A stretch of 63,034 nucleotides of DNA, counting the filler, from Gonapodya sp. JEL0774 (Eukaryota): the NCBI GenBank assembly GCA_027604505.1. It is 18 parts of 18 records of this genome, joined end to end, with 100 filler letters (N's around TTAATTAATTAA, not from the genome) between each part and the next. Parts side by side here need not be neighbours in the genome. Positions count along the whole stretch, not along the records: positions 59,642 to 63,034 come from JADIIX010001317.1; 17 more parts are not named here. One strand, 5' to 3'. A program made the translations under genes and the position numbers. This document shows, piece by piece, positions 60,451 to 63,034 of the stretch. Numbering within the stretch: position 1 is the first letter of the stretch; the number at the start of each line of letters is the position of its first letter. The notes under the pieces were generated by a model, which was not told the DNA's origin, ran no database searches, and saw nothing but the letters and a program-made list of their open reading frames with translations.

Positions 60451-63034
60451 TCTGTGTAGGGAAGAAGTAAATTGAAGAATAGAGCACAAGGTTTTTGAAA
60501 GACCACAATAACGAACTGTTTCCCGCCCGCCATAGAAACAAAGGAAGTTATTGTATCCTACAATTGCGAACTCTTTGTGACCGCAGGGACCAAGGGCGTA
60601 GCTCTTTGTTCGAGGGTTGTGAGCTGAAAGAAGACCCCAACAGCTTTTCATCTTATTGAGTTCGGTTGGATCCCCTCCTAGTAGTACTGTTGCACTGGTG
60701 CAGTGTTTCGACGAAATTCAGCTTCAAGTACACTCTCCACTCCCCTCGCCACAACTGCTCACATGCTACAAAATCCGCCGCTACCTCATTCGCTCGCCCG
60801 AACTCGATAATGTAATGTCTGAGAATCGAATTCCAATACAATGCATATGTGTGGATCCGGCGGGTTGCGATCCCACATCCGGCAGTAAATCTAAAACTAC
60901 AGCTACCATGTATCCTACTACATATCTACGCCAATAACACAAAACAAGAATGCGTCGTAACACTGGGCAACATACGATGTGAGCGTGAGAGGTTGGTTGT
61001 GCGGGGTCGCGTGACTTCGGCCAAACTCCCGCCTTCAGCTGTCGACTTACCACACCACGCTCGATTTCACGCTTCCTTCCTACGCTGAACTGGCCCTCTG
61101 AACCACTCGAAACCGGGAAAGTGTAGGGGATGTGATGTGACTTACAAACAAATCAAATCCGCACCAGAGCACGAGCGTTCTGCTATAACTTGGACACACC
61201 TCCATTTCCACTTTTCGAAGGCCTTCGCAAGTGCCTTTAGGGCCAAAGGGAGAACAGAAAGGCTCCTCTAGGCTCATGACTCGCCGAGATCCAGGACGGG
61301 GGAACAGGCTGCGAAAAAGGTGGAACGAGACATACATATGTACTCCACACGCGGCGTGCACGCCATGCGTAGGACATGAGATCTGAAACAAAAAGGGGAA
61401 GAATGACTTGTCATAGTAACTGTGAAGAGCGATCGTGAATTTTTTTGGTGGCTGTCCGGCTACTCCGCAATCCATACTGATTACTGGCCTCTATGATAAC
61501 TTGGTAGTGGCAGAGAGCTAACGCGATCTTGCTCTATTAGTAAAAAAAAATGTTACTTTGGAGAGCTTTTTGATCACTCCGATATCAACAAGCGCCTTTT
61601 GGTGTCGGCAATTCCATTGTCATCGCAATTTTCTGACAACACACCCCGATATAAGGCTCATCGGCTATTATAGCTTTGTCTAAATAAAATTTTCATGGTG
61701 TTGCCGCAGTGTGAAGAGGTTTCACCCACTGGTGAGACTCCTGCACGGGATCATTCGCACAGAGCTTATCCCGTGCAGAGGACGTTGTGAGTCTATTGGC
61801 AGTGATCGTATCACTGCATATTGTTTAAGTGATGCTTTTTTACAGCCTTGGGGACTTGGTTTCTGTGAATGCGTCGCGAAAAGCCAATAGCATAGTTGCT
61901 AGTGGGTTGAGCATGAATCATCATCACAAGGTATGTTTTGAACTGTTTGGACCGATTTCTTCAATGGAGCACAAATTCTCATGTGCGAAAAATGATAAAT
62001 AGCTCGAAAATTGTGGGTCCCAGCCCAGATGTACAGAGAAAATCGCGTTTTGTCGGTGCTTAGTCTCGCTGACGGCTCTCTATGGACGGTGGAGGTTCTT
62101 GAACCCTTTCCCGGCATAACTCGTCCTTTCCCGGCACAACCCCGACACTACAACACTAACACCTGAAGCGACCAAAAAAAAAAATTAAAAATGAACAGAA
62201 ACCCCATAACAACAGAATTCACAGAATAGGTCCAAGTGGCTGCCTTTTGGGGTGGACTGAGCTCTCATATTACATTAGCGAGCATGTGTAGTAGGTCTGG
62301 GCGCCCTTCGACCTTCGTACATATGAACTTTCTCACCTACAGACAAGAAGCTCATGGCATTGCAACTTGTCCGCATCCAAAATCGACTATTGCATGCCTC
62401 CTTTATGTAAATGTGCTCATGTCATATTTGTATATCAGTGTGTGACCATCTTTAATAAAGCACATGGCGAGCACCATGCAATGTTGCGGGAGGGGACACA
62501 CAATAAGTTCGATGATCTCAAGGACTGAAAATACCCTGAAAGCAAAGGCTAAAGTCTAAGGAAGTGACTTCTCAACCGGGGGTGCCGGCTAAGTCCTTGC
62601 TCCGTATTCTCAGAATTTTGCAGCCGGCGACAAATCAGGAAGCTGAGATTTATGATCCAGAGCTGAGCGAGAGTCAGACAGGCAAGAAGAAAATATCTCA
62701 CAATACCCTGGTCTGAAGATATCGCATACACCACAGAGCGCAGTCACCCAATCAAAGGTGCTATCTGAATGAATGGCCAAGAACGAAGATACGCGTATAC
62801 GAGTTTATATGCTCGGGCACATGTGCATATGTGGCGGCATCGTATTGAGTCACGCCGGAAAGAAGGTTGTCCCCCTCAGGTTTCCAATGTGTTTGAACGA
62901 GGTACTCGAGCTGATGTATGTATCTTCCAGAATGCTCTTTCATGTAGGACATGCAATGCGCGTTGCTTGCTCTGTGTGTGCGTGAACACGGACAGGTCCG
63001 GAAAAACGGAGGCGGGGTGACAGGGAGCAGGTGC

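Overview
This is not one locus. It is 18 unrelated contigs of about 3.4 kb (3423 down to 3393 bp, non-increasing in length) joined by artificial 100-bp spacers (N44-TTAATTAATTAA-N44), so no adjacency across a spacer is biological. The DNA is from an intron-rich, gene-dense eukaryote. EF-1alpha carries the opisthokont-type insertion, and there are motile-cilium genes (CFAP410, ROPN1L/RSP11), a Crh-like GH16, an Sfp1-type factor and fungal-type MFS transporters. Together these point to a zoosporic early-diverging fungus; a Gonapodya-like monoblepharid is my guess, not a result. Recognisable genes, mostly partial and spliced: AIF/FSP1-like oxidoreductase, BTB protein, SEC63, CFAP410, PAT1, ROPN1L, a J-protein, BRF1, THO2, two C2H2 factors, F-box families, two MFS transporters, a calmodulin-like protein, GH16, NDUFS5, a TKL kinase, an SDR, DRG2, tandem EF-1alpha, MOCS1/CNX2, RPS29 and TCTP. 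One contig is a nest of decayed Ty1/copia fragments plus a PIF/Harbinger transposase. Best leads: (1) a secreted GH16 lacking its catalytic nucleophile, fused to three copies of an unrecognised 37-aa Cys/Trp module; (2) a 774-nt, hairpin-dense intron in NDUFS5 with mutually exclusive helices; (3) a compact element of GNA-triloop and GA-mismatch hairpins in a SEC63 intron, resembling ssDNA (rolling-circle) elements; (4) CpG-targeted decay of the transposons. Splice models were read by eye and no database search was run.
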